From a virus (taxonomy: Duplodnaviria; Caudoviricetes), in the IMG/VR virus record IMGVR_UViG_2595698649_000001, positions 32,001-96,000 of that record: a stretch of DNA of 64,000 nt. The stretch is one strand, 5' to 3'. Shown piece by piece: positions 11,925 to 22,600 of this stretch. The translations under genes and the position numbers were made by a program. Below the pieces are notes generated by a model. That model ran no database searches. It saw only the letters and a list, made by a program, of their open reading frames with translations, and was not told where the DNA came from. Every line of letters begins with the position of its first letter. Within the stretch, counting starts at the first letter, position 1.

Positions 11925-12143
11925 ATGGCATATTTAAAAGTAGAAGGTCATCAACATATTGTAAGAGATACAAGTTCTAATGGTATAATAAATACTGATA
12001 AGAATGCTTATCAAATACATGTAAATCGTATTAGAGAAGCAAGAAAATCTAGTAACGATTTAAGAAATGCGGTAAGAGATATAAATAATTTAAAACAAGA
12101 AATGTCTGAAATAAAAGGACTTTTATTAAAACTGGTAAAATAA
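11925..12143 (+). CDS. Small conserved hypothetical protein (coiled-coil C-terminus)
   Basis: Tightly packed ORF; 'KVEGH..IVRD..S.GIIN.D' type seen after VrlC-like genes. Confidence 0.7.
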   Translation: MAYLKVEGHQHIVRDTSSNGIINTDKNAYQIHVNRIREARKSSNDLRNAVRDINNLKQEMSEIKGLLLKLVK

Positions 12144-12144
12144 T

Positions 12145-14025
12145 ATGGCAGCAAGACAAGTAGCAGCAGACGCAACGATAGAACAATTAAGAACAACTTT
12201 TAATACTCTATCAGCAACAGACTTTGGTGATATATCTGCTTTAAATTCATCTATTAGTGCAAGTAACCTTGTAGCGGCGATGAACGAGTTAGAAGGTGAA
12301 GTAACTCCTTTCTCAGCAGCTTTTATTGCAACACAAACAGATTTAGGTGCCGCTCCAGCAACTGGTGACAGTATAGTTATTAGAGACGCTGATGCTAGTG
12401 CATTGAAAGAAATGACTATTGCTAATTTATTTACTAGTCCAGCAATAGATACAATTACTGCCGGTACATTTACACTAGACGCTTCAGCAGATGTTAATAT
12501 AGACGCTGGTGGCGGAGATATTATTTTAAAAGATGACGGTACTGAATTTGGTAGATTAACAAACAATGCAGGTCAATTATTAATTAAATCAAGTTCAAGT
12601 GCTACAACAGCATTATCATTAAATGGTGCCAATGTTACTGTTGCAGGTAACTTAACAGTATCAGGTACTACAACAACTGTGGATTCATCTACTGTTAATT
12701 TACAGACTGGATTTATATTTGAAGGTTCAAGTGCTGATAGTTTTGAAACAACATTAACAGCAACTGACCCAACAGCAGATAGAACAATTACTTTACCAGA
12801 TTTAACAGGTACAGTATCATTAACGAGTGCAACAGAAACTTTAACAAATAAAACTTTAACATCACCAGTTCTTACAACACCTATATTTACAGGTGCAACT
12901 GACCAAAGAGGTTCATTTGTATTTGAAGGTAGTACAGCAGACAGTTTTGAAACAACTGTAAGTGTTGTTGACCCAACAGCAGATAGAACAATAAACTTTC
13001 CAAATGTTTCTGGTACTGTTTTAACAACAGGTAATTTTTCTGATATTACAGCAATAGGTGTTCAATCAGGATCAATTGTATTTGAAGGTTCAACAGCAAA
13101 CAGTTTTGAAACAACTTTAGCAGTAACAGACGCTACTGCTGATAGAACAATTACATTACCAGATTTAACTGGTACAGTTTCTTTGACTACAGCAACTGAA
13201 ACATTAACAAATAAAACACTTACAACTCCAGTAATCGTTGAAGCTACTTCAGGTTCAACTATAACACTTAACGCTACAACTGATATTGTATTAGACGCTG
13301 ATGGCGGTGATGTGTTCTTTAAAGATGATGGAACAACTTTTGGTAGTGCAACAAACACTTCAGGTAACTTGATTATCAAATCAGGTACTACAACAGCATT
13401 AACATTTAGTGGTGCTAATGTTGCAGCTGCAGGTACATTAAGTGCAACAACAATTACTGCTTCTACTGGACTAGAAACAAAAAATGGTGCTACTGGTGCC
13501 GGTTTTGTTAAGTTCTTTGAAGATAGTGATAACGGTACTAACGCTGTAACACTTTTAGGTCCTGCTTCAACAGGTGATATTGATATTACATTACCAACTC
13601 AAGCAGGTACAGTTGTTGTTTCTAATACAACTGATGGTAATGATGTTCAACTAGATAGTTTAGGATTGAATACTGCTGCCTCTGGTACTGCTGGAGAGTT
13701 GAGAGCAACAAATGATATAACTGCCTTTTATAGTTCAGATGTATCATTGAAGGAAAATATTGTAGAAATACCATCTGCCTTAGATATGGTAGATAAAATA
13801 AGAGGAGTTTTCTTTGATTGGAAAGATGACTATATAGAAAGTAAAGGCGGCGAAGACGGATACTTTATGAGAAAACATGATGTAGGTTTAATTGCACAAG
13901 AAGTTGAGGCAGTTTTACCTGAGATTGTAGGTACTAGAAAAGATGGTATCAAGGCAATCAAGTATGACAGATTGACTGCTTTACTATTGCAAGCGATTAA
14001 AGAATTGCAAGCGAAAATTAAATAA
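12145..14025 (+). CDS. Tail fibre protein with C-terminal intramolecular chaperone (peptidase S74-like)
   Basis: Thr/Gly/Ser-rich repeats. C-terminus 'YSSDVSLKENI...GVFFDW...DVGLIAQEVEAVLPE...YDRLTALLLQAIKEL'. Confidence 0.8.
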   Translation: MAARQVAADATIEQLRTTFNTLSATDFGDISALNSSISASNLVAAMNELEGEVTPFSAAFIATQTDLGAAPATGDSIVIRDADASALKEMTIANLFTSPAIDTITAGTFTLDASADVNIDAGGGDIILKDDGTEFGRLTNNAGQLLIKSSSSATTALSLNGANVTVAGNLTVSGTTTTVDSSTVNLQTGFIFEGSSADSFETTLTATDPTADRTITLPDLTGTVSLTSATETLTNKTLTSPVLTTPIFTGATDQRGSFVFEGSTADSFETTVSVVDPTADRTINFPNVSGTVLTTGNFSDITAIGVQSGSIVFEGSTANSFETTLAVTDATADRTITLPDLTGTVSLTTATETLTNKTLTTPVIVEATSGSTITLNATTDIVLDADGGDVFFKDDGTTFGSATNTSGNLIIKSGTTTALTFSGANVAAAGTLSATTITASTGLETKNGATGAGFVKFFEDSDNGTNAVTLLGPASTGDIDITLPTQAGTVVVSNTTDGNDVQLDSLGLNTAASGTAGELRATNDITAFYSSDVSLKENIVEIPSALDMVDKIRGVFFDWKDDYIESKGGEDGYFMRKHDVGLIAQEVEAVLPEIVGTRKDGIKAIKYDRLTALLLQAIKELQAKIK

Positions 14026-14045
14026 TAACTAACGGAGAATAAATC

Positions 14046-14282
14046 ATGGCTGAGAAAGCAAAAGAACAACCTAAAGATATTAATTTAGATATGGAACACC
14101 TTACAGTAAAAGGTAAGATACATGCTGAACAATATAATAATCTTAGAGCACAAAAAATCCAACATCAAGTTGAAATAGAAAAAATAGATGTCCTATTGGC
14201 ATACTATACTAAAGTTATTCCAACTGAGGTGTTACCTGAAGACCAAAGACCAAAAAAAGAAACTGAAAAGAAAGATAAGTAA
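14046..14282 (+). CDS. Hypothetical protein (possible fibre-associated)
   Basis: ORF with GGAG ribosome-binding site, directly after the S74-bearing fibre. Confidence 0.6.
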   Translation: MAEKAKEQPKDINLDMEHLTVKGKIHAEQYNNLRAQKIQHQVEIEKIDVLLAYYTKVIPTEVLPEDQRPKKETEKKDK

Positions 14283-14283
14283 T

Positions 14284-14291
14284 TATAAATA
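14284..14291 (+). promoter_or_regulatory. Late promoter TATAAATA
   Basis: Exact motif upstream of the 14310 ORF. Confidence 0.7.
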
Positions 14292-14309
14292 GTCCCATAA
14301 GGAGAAATT

Positions 14310-14648
14310 ATGGCAGCTATTACTAATCTACTAATTGAACAAGGTGCAAACTTTTCAAGTACAATAACGCTTTTCAATGATGACGACACAGTATTTAACC
14401 TGACTGATTACACAGCTGCAGGTCAAATACGAAAGTCTTACTCATCAAGTTCAGCGTCAGCTACATTTTCAATAGCGTTCTCTGCTGATAGGTCAGCAGG
14501 ACAAATAACACTTTCTTTAACTCCTACTCAGACTGCTGCTTTAGAAGAAGGAAGATATGTTTACGATATTGAAGTTACTTCAAGTGATAGCGTTGTAACA
14601 AGAGTTATACAAGGTACCGTAACTGTGAGTCCAAATGTCACACGGTAA
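14310..14648 (+). CDS. Small virion structural protein (BppU-N/Ig-like fibre adaptor)
   Basis: 'IEQGANF...QIRKSY...GRYVYDIEV...RVIQGTVTVSP' family, common in marine myophage tail regions. Confidence 0.65.
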   Translation: MAAITNLLIEQGANFSSTITLFNDDDTVFNLTDYTAAGQIRKSYSSSSASATFSIAFSADRSAGQITLSLTPTQTAALEEGRYVYDIEVTSSDSVVTRVIQGTVTVSPNVTR

Positions 14649-14672
14649 TATATTATGTCATAAAGGGGTATT

Positions 14673-17600
14673 ATGGCAATTAAAGCAAAGATAACATCAA
14701 CTAATAGTGCAGGTCCTCAAAAGGTATCAGTAACAGTACCCGCTTCTGGCGGTACAGTAACAAGTGTTACTGCTATAGGTGATTTAACAGATGTTATTGC
14801 TTCATCATTACCTGACGGTGCTATTTTACAATATTTAACTTCCTCAGGTAACTGGGTATCCACAGCATTAGTAGATGATGATACATTCCCTTCATCAACA
14901 GCAACAGCAAAAAGTTTACACTCTGGCGAAAGTCTTAGAAATTTTATTTTAGATGGTACATCAACACTTACTAACAAGACAATAGATTTAGACGCCAACA
15001 CCTTAACAGGTACAATAACAGAATTTAATAGTGCATTACAAGGTGCTGACTTTGCTACTTTAGCAAATACAGAAACATTTACAAATAAAACTTTAACTCA
15101 ACCAAAGATTGCTGAAATAGTTTCCTTATCAACTGGTGGTATTACACTAGACGCTGATACTGATATTGTATTAGACGCTGATGGTGCAGATATAATTTTA
15201 AAAGATGGTGGTAGTGAGTTTGGTAGATTTACAAACTCATCTGGTGAATTAGTAATTAAATCAAGTTCAAGTGCTACAACAGCATTAACATTTAGTGGTT
15301 CAAGTGCCACATTAGCAGGTAACTTAACAGTTACAGGTACATCTACATTCAATGGTGGTACAATTAATCTTGGTGACGCAGCTACAGATACAATTGCTTT
15401 CAATGGTACAATTACTGGCAGTTTAGTATTTGAAGGTAGTACAAGTGATAGTTTTGAAACTACATTAACACCAGGTAATCCAACTGCTGATATTACACTT
15501 ACATTACCATCAAGCGCTAGTGATACACTTGTAGGTAAAGCAACTACTGATACACTTACAAACAAATCAATAGATTTAGCAAACAATACTATAACAGGTT
15601 CAGTTGCAGAATTTAATAGTGCATTACAAAGTGATAGTTTCGTTACACTTACAGGTTCAGAAACTTTATCAAACAAACAGTTTACAAATCCAGTTATAGC
15701 ACATATAGACGGTACTGGTGGTATAGAATTAGACGCAGTACAAGATATTACTTTAGACGCAGGTGGCGGAGATATATTTTTAAAAGATGATACAGCTGCT
15801 TTTGGTGCATTAACAAATAGTTCAGGTAACTTAATAATTAAATCTGGTACTACAACTGCTATGACATTTAGTGGTGCTAATGTAACTATGGCAGGTAATG
15901 CTACAGTTGCAGGTAACTTAACAGTTCAAGGTACTACAACTACAGTTGACAGTTCATCTATAAATGTTCAGAATGCTTTAGTCTTTGAAGGTGCAACAGC
16001 AGATAGTTTTGAAACAACATTAACTACAGTTGACCCTACAGCAGATAGAACAATATCATTACCAAATGCAACAGACACATTAATAGGTAAAGCAACTACT
16101 GATACATTAACAAATAAAACTTTAACAACTCCTGTAATTGCAGAAATAGATTCCAATGCTTCTATAACTTTAGACGCTGCTACTGATATTATATTAGACG
16201 CAGGTGAACAAGATATTATTTTAAAAGATGACGGTACTGAGTTTGGTAGATTTACTAATAGTTCAGGTGAGTTAGTAATTAAATCAGGTTCAAGTTCTAC
16301 AACGGCAATCTCAATGTCAGGTGCCAATGTTACGATTGCAGGTAATTTAGTAGTAACTGGTGCAACAGAAAATGATGGCAATATAACAATTGGTGACGCT
16401 GCTACAGATACTATTACTTTTGGTGGTACTATTCAAGGTAGTTTAGTCTTTGAGGGTAGTACAGCAGACAGTTTTGAAACAACTTTAACACCAGGTAATC
16501 CTAGTGGAGATATTACTCTTACATTACCGTCAAGTGCTACAGATACTATAGTTGCAAGAAACACTACAGACACATTAACAAACAAAACTTTAACAAGTCC
16601 AACAATCAATGCAGGAACATTAAGTGGTGCATTTACTGGAACGGCAGACTTAACAGGACTAGTTCTTTCAGGTGCAAGTCCTCTTGTTTTTGAAGGTTCA
16701 ACAAATGATAGTTTTGAAACAACTTTAGCAGTTACAGACCCTACAGCAGATAGAACAATTACTTTACCTAACTCTACAGGTACTTTAGTTGTAACTGCTG
16801 ATGTATCTGGTGACGCTACAATGGCAACATCTGGTGCATTAACATTAGCAACAGTCAATAGTAACACAGGTAGTTTTGGTAGTACAACATCAATACCAGT
16901 TATAACAGTCAACGCAAAAGGTCTTGTTACTGCCATGTCAACAGCTACAATTGTAACAACATTAACTGTAGCCGCTGATAGTGGTTCAGATGACGCTGTT
17001 TCTTTGGCAACTGACACACTTAATTATGAAGGTGGTGCAAACATTACAACAACAGTTTCTAATAACAATATAGCGATTGCCTTAGACGCTTCTCCATCAG
17101 TAACAGCATTAACAACAAGTGCTAATGTAAACGTTGGTGGTAGCATTGTATTTGAAGGTAGTACAGCAAATAGTTTTGAGACAACACTTACAGTTACAGA
17201 CCCAACAGCAGATAGAACAATAACTTTCCCTAACAATACAGGTACAGTTGCGTTAACAAGTGATATTACTGGTGGTGGTCAAGCAGGTTCATTTACAAAT
17301 TTAACATCTTCAGGTAATACTATACTTGGTAACGCTACCTCAGACACAGTAACATTCAATGGTAGAATAGCGTCACACTTTGTACCTAGTGCTGATGATA
17401 CATATACTTTAGGTACTGCTTCTTTAAAATGGGCAGAATTACATGTATCAGGAAGTACAATCTTTTTAGGTGGCGCACAATTAACTGCTAGTGGAACAAC
17501 AGTAGTATTACCGGCGAATAGTACAGTAGGTGATAGAGCAATACCTGACGCAGATCCTACTACAGGTATTGTAACAAGAAAAGTACCATTATTTACAAAA

Positions 17601-17735
17601 GCAGGTGGTCTATCTTCAGCAGCAAAAACTTTTACTTTTAAAGCGTCTGGTTCATCTGATAGAGTTTTTGATACATTTACTAAAGAAGATGGCGCAGGAA
17701 TAACAACACAAGAGAGAGCATTATTTTCATTTTAA
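14673..17735 (+). CDS. Repeat-built tail fibre/whisker protein
   Basis: Five 'FEGxTxxSFETTL' modules plus 'LDADG.DI.LKD.G' and 'TLTNKTLT.P' repeats. Confidence 0.75.
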   Translation: MAIKAKITSTNSAGPQKVSVTVPASGGTVTSVTAIGDLTDVIASSLPDGAILQYLTSSGNWVSTALVDDDTFPSSTATAKSLHSGESLRNFILDGTSTLTNKTIDLDANTLTGTITEFNSALQGADFATLANTETFTNKTLTQPKIAEIVSLSTGGITLDADTDIVLDADGADIILKDGGSEFGRFTNSSGELVIKSSSSATTALTFSGSSATLAGNLTVTGTSTFNGGTINLGDAATDTIAFNGTITGSLVFEGSTSDSFETTLTPGNPTADITLTLPSSASDTLVGKATTDTLTNKSIDLANNTITGSVAEFNSALQSDSFVTLTGSETLSNKQFTNPVIAHIDGTGGIELDAVQDITLDAGGGDIFLKDDTAAFGALTNSSGNLIIKSGTTTAMTFSGANVTMAGNATVAGNLTVQGTTTTVDSSSINVQNALVFEGATADSFETTLTTVDPTADRTISLPNATDTLIGKATTDTLTNKTLTTPVIAEIDSNASITLDAATDIILDAGEQDIILKDDGTEFGRFTNSSGELVIKSGSSSTTAISMSGANVTIAGNLVVTGATENDGNITIGDAATDTITFGGTIQGSLVFEGSTADSFETTLTPGNPSGDITLTLPSSATDTIVARNTTDTLTNKTLTSPTINAGTLSGAFTGTADLTGLVLSGASPLVFEGSTNDSFETTLAVTDPTADRTITLPNSTGTLVVTADVSGDATMATSGALTLATVNSNTGSFGSTTSIPVITVNAKGLVTAMSTATIVTTLTVAADSGSDDAVSLATDTLNYEGGANITTTVSNNNIAIALDASPSVTALTTSANVNVGGSIVFEGSTANSFETTLTVTDPTADRTITFPNNTGTVALTSDITGGGQAGSFTNLTSSGNTILGNATSDTVTFNGRIASHFVPSADDTYTLGTASLKWAELHVSGSTIFLGGAQLTASGTTVVLPANSTVGDRAIPDADPTTGIVTRKVPLFTKAGGLSSAAKTFTFKASGSSDRVFDTFTKEDGAGITTQERALFSF

Positions 17736-17746
17736 CACTAAAAGGA

Positions 17747-17754
17747 TATAAATA
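17747..17754 (+). promoter_or_regulatory. Late promoter TATAAATA, 5 nt from ATG (near-leaderless transcript)
   Basis: TATAAATA-GTATT-ATG. Confidence 0.65.
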
Positions 17755-17759
17755 GTATT

Positions 17760-19649
17760 ATGGCAGATAAAGTACCAATAAGGACGGTCTTTGATAGTAG
17801 TGGAAACGCTACTGGATTAGCAGAGTACCAATCAGGAGAAACAGTAGGTTTCGTACACGGTGGTACAGGTTTAGCCGCTATAGGAAGTGCCGGTCAAGTT
17901 TTAAGAGTAAATTCAGGTGCAAACGGTTTAGAATACGGTGACGGTTTTTCTGCTAACGCAATCACATTAGACGCTGCTACAGACATTACATTAGACGCTG
18001 GTGGCGCAGATATTATTTTAAAAGATGACGGTACTGAATTTGGTAGATTTAGTAACTCATCAGGACAACTTGTCATTAAATCAAGTGGTAGTGCTACTAC
18101 TGCTATTTCAATGTCAGGTGCAAATGTTACCATTGCAGGTAACTTAACAGTTACAGGTACAACTGAGGGTGATAGTAATATTACTTTAGGTGACGCCGCT
18201 ACAGATACAGTAACCTTTGGTGGTACTATTTCAGGTAGTTTAGTATTTGAAGGTTCAAGTGCTGATAGTTTTGAAACTACTTTAGTACCAGGTAATCCAA
18301 GTGCTGATATTAGTTTAACATTACCCGCTACTGCTAGTGATACATTAGCAGGTATTGCTTCAACACAAACTCTTACAAATAAAACATTAACAACACCTGT
18401 TATCGCTGAGATAGATAGTGGTTCAACAATTACACTTGACGCTACTACAGATATTAATTTAGACGCAGATGGCGGCGATATAATATTAAAAGACGGTGGT
18501 ACTGAGTTTGGTAGATTTACAAATTCTGGTGGACAACTAGTAATTAAATCTAGTTCTTCAGCAACAACTAATATGACAATGAGTGGTGCTAACACCACAA
18601 TTGCAGGTAACTTAACAGTTACAGGTACATCAACATTCAATGGTGGTACAGTTAATCTTGGTGATAGTGCTACAGATACAATTGTCTTTAATGGTCTTGT
18701 ATCAGGAAGTATTGTCTTTGAAGGTAGTAACGTAGATAGTTTTGAAACTACTTTAACTCCAGGTAATCCAAGTTCAGATATTACATTAACATTGCCAAGT
18801 GCCTCTAGTGATGTACTAGTTGGTCGTGCAACAACAGACACATTAACAAATAAAACAATAACAAGTCCAACAGTTTCAGGTTTAACATTATCAGATAGTG
18901 CAATCAGTTTTGAAGGTTCTACTGCTAACTCATTTGAAACTTCTTTAACTGTAACAGACCCTACAGCAGATAGAACAATCACATTACCAAACGCAACTGG
19001 TACTCTTATATCTCATGGAATGTTTAGTGGTGACGCTACAGTAGCAACAAGTGGTGCAGTTACATTAGCGACAGTAAATAGTGATACATCAGCAGTTGGT
19101 AGTACAACTGTTATACCAGTAATTACTGCTAACGCAAAAGGACTTGTAACATCTATAGGTACTGCCTCTATATCTACTCTATTAACAGTAGGTGCAGATA
19201 GCGGTTCTAACGATACAATAACAGTAGGTACTGATACACTAGATTTCTCTGGTGGATCAAACATTACAACAACAGTTTCAAACAATGATATCTCAATCGC
19301 CTTAGACGCAAGTCCAAGTGTGACTAACTTAACAGTTGGTGGTAACATTGTATTTGAAGGTTCAACGGCAGACAGTTTTGAGACTACATTAGCAGTAACA
19401 GACCCAACCGCTGATAGAACAATCACAATACCTAATAAATCAGGTACTGTGGCAATGACAAGTGATACATCATTCCCACAATCAACATTAACTGAACACC
19501 CAGCGGCGCAAGGAAATGCTGATTTAGCAGGAGGTGAAACACCTTTTGAAGCAATCGTTGACGCATTCCAGGTTATTACATCTAATTTGTATGACCACAT
19601 GGAACCTAGAGGTGAAGTAGTTACAGTTGATTTAGGAAGTGTAGCATAA
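17760..19649 (+). CDS. Repeat-built tail fibre protein
   Basis: 'HGGTGL...GQVLRVNSG' fibre N-terminus and four 'FEG...SFET' modules. Confidence 0.75.
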   Translation: MADKVPIRTVFDSSGNATGLAEYQSGETVGFVHGGTGLAAIGSAGQVLRVNSGANGLEYGDGFSANAITLDAATDITLDAGGADIILKDDGTEFGRFSNSSGQLVIKSSGSATTAISMSGANVTIAGNLTVTGTTEGDSNITLGDAATDTVTFGGTISGSLVFEGSSADSFETTLVPGNPSADISLTLPATASDTLAGIASTQTLTNKTLTTPVIAEIDSGSTITLDATTDINLDADGGDIILKDGGTEFGRFTNSGGQLVIKSSSSATTNMTMSGANTTIAGNLTVTGTSTFNGGTVNLGDSATDTIVFNGLVSGSIVFEGSNVDSFETTLTPGNPSSDITLTLPSASSDVLVGRATTDTLTNKTITSPTVSGLTLSDSAISFEGSTANSFETSLTVTDPTADRTITLPNATGTLISHGMFSGDATVATSGAVTLATVNSDTSAVGSTTVIPVITANAKGLVTSIGTASISTLLTVGADSGSNDTITVGTDTLDFSGGSNITTTVSNNDISIALDASPSVTNLTVGGNIVFEGSTADSFETTLAVTDPTADRTITIPNKSGTVAMTSDTSFPQSTLTEHPAAQGNADLAGGETPFEAIVDAFQVITSNLYDHMEPRGEVVTVDLGSVA

Positions 19650-19654
19650 TAGAT

Positions 19655-19671
19655 TATAAATAGTATAAATA
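19655..19671 (+). promoter_or_regulatory. Tandem late promoters (2x TATAAATA)
   Basis: TATAAATA at 19655 and 19664. Confidence 0.7.
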
Positions 19672-19698
19672 TAGCATAGAATTAACTAGGAGAAAAAT

Positions 19699-22600
19699 AT
19701 GCCAACAGCATTACAATTAAGACGAGGATCAACGTCTCAAAATAATAGTTTTACAGGTGCTGTAGGTGAGGTAAGTGTAGATACTGATAAAGATACTCTT
19801 AGAGTCCATGATGGCTCGACAGCAGGCGGTTTTGAAGTAATAACGGCAACTGCTACACAAACACTCACAAACAAAACCTTAACGAGCCCAAATATTTCAG
19901 GCGCCTCTTTCACAGGTGCAAGTTTCACTTTTGAAGGTGCAACAGATGACAGTTTTGAAACAACTCTAACAGTTGTAGATCCAACAGCTGACAGAACAGT
20001 AACTATTCCAAATGCAACTACTACACTAGTTGGTACGGATGTTTCACAAACTCTTACGAACAAAACTTTAACTACACCAGTTATCGCTGAGATAGATAGT
20101 GGTGGTAGTATAACTTTAGACGCAACAGCAGATATTATATTAGACGCTGATGGTGCTAACGTAACTATAAAAGACGGCGGTACAACAACATTAGACTTTG
20201 TTAGTAACGGTGCAACAGATATTACACTAGACGCTCCAGGCGATGTTAAAATAGACGCTGATGGCGGAGACATAATCTTTATGGATGGTGGTGCTGTCTA
20301 TGGTAGTGCAACAAACAATTCAGGTAACTTGATTATCAAATCAGGAACTACAACAGCTGCAACATTTAGTGGTGCAAATGTAACATTGGCAGGTACAGTT
20401 GCTTCAGGTGCAATTACATCATCTGGTTCATTTACTGGTACTCAAGCAATATTATCAAATGCAAGTCCATTAGTATTTGAAGGTGCAACAGCAGATAGTT
20501 TTGAAACAACTATTGCAGTTACAGACCCAACAGCAGATAGAACACTTACATTACCAGACGCAACAGACACATTAGTGGGAAGAGCAACAACAGATACGTT
20601 GACTAATAAAACACTAACTACTCCAGTTATTGCTGAAATAGATAGTGCTGGCAACTTTACAGTTGACGCAGCTACAGATATCATATTAGACGCAGATGGC
20701 GGAGATGTTTTCTTAAAAGACGCTGGTACTACTTACGGTTCATTGACGAACACAGGCGGTAACTTGATTATAAAATCAGGTACAACTACTGCTATGACCA
20801 TGTCAGGTGCAAACGTAACAATCGCAGGTAACTTAACAGTATCAGGTTCTACAACTACAGTTGATAGTTCAACAGTTAACTTACAAACAGGTTTCGTTTT
20901 TGAAGGTTCAACAGCAGACAGTTTTGAAACAACACTAGTTGCTACTGACCCAACAGCAGATAGAACAGTAACTATACCAGATTTAACTGGTACAGTTTCT
21001 TTAATAACTGCTACAGAAACATTAACAAATAAAACACTTACAACTCCTGTAATTGCAGAAATAGATAGTGGTTCAACAATCACACTTGACGCAACTACAG
21101 ACATTATCTTAGACGCTGATGGTGATAACATCACTTTGAAAGCGGGTGGTACAACTGCCTTAGATTTTGTTTTAAATGGTACAACTGATATTACATTAGA
21201 CGCTCCAGGTGATATTAAGATAGACGCTGATGGCGGAGATATTTTCTTCCTAGACGCAGGTACTACTTATGGTAGTGCAACTAATAACTCTGGTAACTTA
21301 ATTATAAAATCAGGTACAACTACAGCTGCAACATTTAGTGGTGCAAATGTAACATTAGCAGGGACAGTTGCTTCAGGTGCAATCACATCATCAAGTACAG
21401 TAACAGCAACAGGCGCAGTATTAAGTGGTTCTGTAGTATTTGAAGGTGCGACAAACGACAGTTTTGAAACAACATTAGGTGTAGTTGATCCAACTGCTGA
21501 CAGAGCAGTCAACATCGCCAATGTTGCAGGTACATTACAACCATTTGCTGCTGCTTCAACAGACGCAATCACAGCAACACCGGCAGAATTAAATTTAATT
21601 GACGGTGGTACTGCTAGAGGCACAACAGCAATTGCAGACGGTGATGGTGTACTAATCAATGACGGCGGTACAATGAGAATGACTACAGTTGAAACTCTTG
21701 CTGCCTACATGGATGACGAAATTACAGCAATGCCAAATCTTGTGACAACAGGTGCATTAAACTCAGGTTCAATCACATCAGGTTTTGGTACTATAAACAA
21801 CGGTTCATCTACAATCACAACTACAGGTCAGATAACTGGTGGTATTATTCAATCTACTAACAACATGTTAATAGGTGCAGGTTACTCACTTGTATTTGAA
21901 GGTTCAACAAATGATAGTTTTGAAACAACATTAGGTGTAGTTGACCCAACTGCTGATAGAACAGTTAATATTGCAAATGTAGCAGGTACTTTACAACCTT
22001 TTGCTTCTGCTAGTACAGACCAAATTACGGCAACAGTTGCTGAAATTAATTTAATAGATGGTGGTACTGCTAGAGGTACTACTGCTGTAGCAGACGGTGA
22101 TGGTATTCTAATCAACGATGCTGGTACAATGAGAATGACGAATGTTCAAACTGTTTCAGCGTATATGTCTGCTGAAAGTGTTGGTGGTTCAAACATAGTT
22201 ACTACTGGTGCATTAAACTCAGGTTCAATCACTTCAGGTTTTGGTAACATAGATAACGGTTCATCTACATTAGATACAGGTGCCTTAACGGCAACTACAA
22301 TTGCAGGTACAACAATTACTGCTTCTACTGGAGTAGAAACAAAAAATGGTGCTACTGGTGCCGGTTTTGTTAAATTCTTTGAAGATAGTGACAACGGTAC
22401 TAATGCAGTAACTTTAGTAGGTCCTGCTTCAACAGGTGATATAACGATTACTTTACCAACTCAGGCAGGTACAGTTGTTGTATCAAACACAACAGACGGT
22501 AATGATGTACAGTTAGACAGTTTAGGTCTTAATACTGCCGCTTCAGGTACTGCTGGTGAGTTAAGAGCAACAAACGATATTACTGCCTTCTACAGTTCAG

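Larger units (their letters stand above)
12718..21960 (+). repeat. Dispersed coding repeat family (17 copies of the FEGxxxxSFETxx...P module) across four fibre genes
   Basis: Recurrent DNA such as 'tttgaaggt...gatagttttgaaacaac...gacccaacagcagatagaac'. Counted 3+5+4+5 copies in the translated ORFs. Confidence 0.85.

Noticed and set aside
12718-21960. CRISPR-like array suggested by recurring ~30-nt sequences
   Set aside because: The repeats are in-frame coding modules with wobble variation and irregular spacing of hundreds of bases. No cas genes are present.
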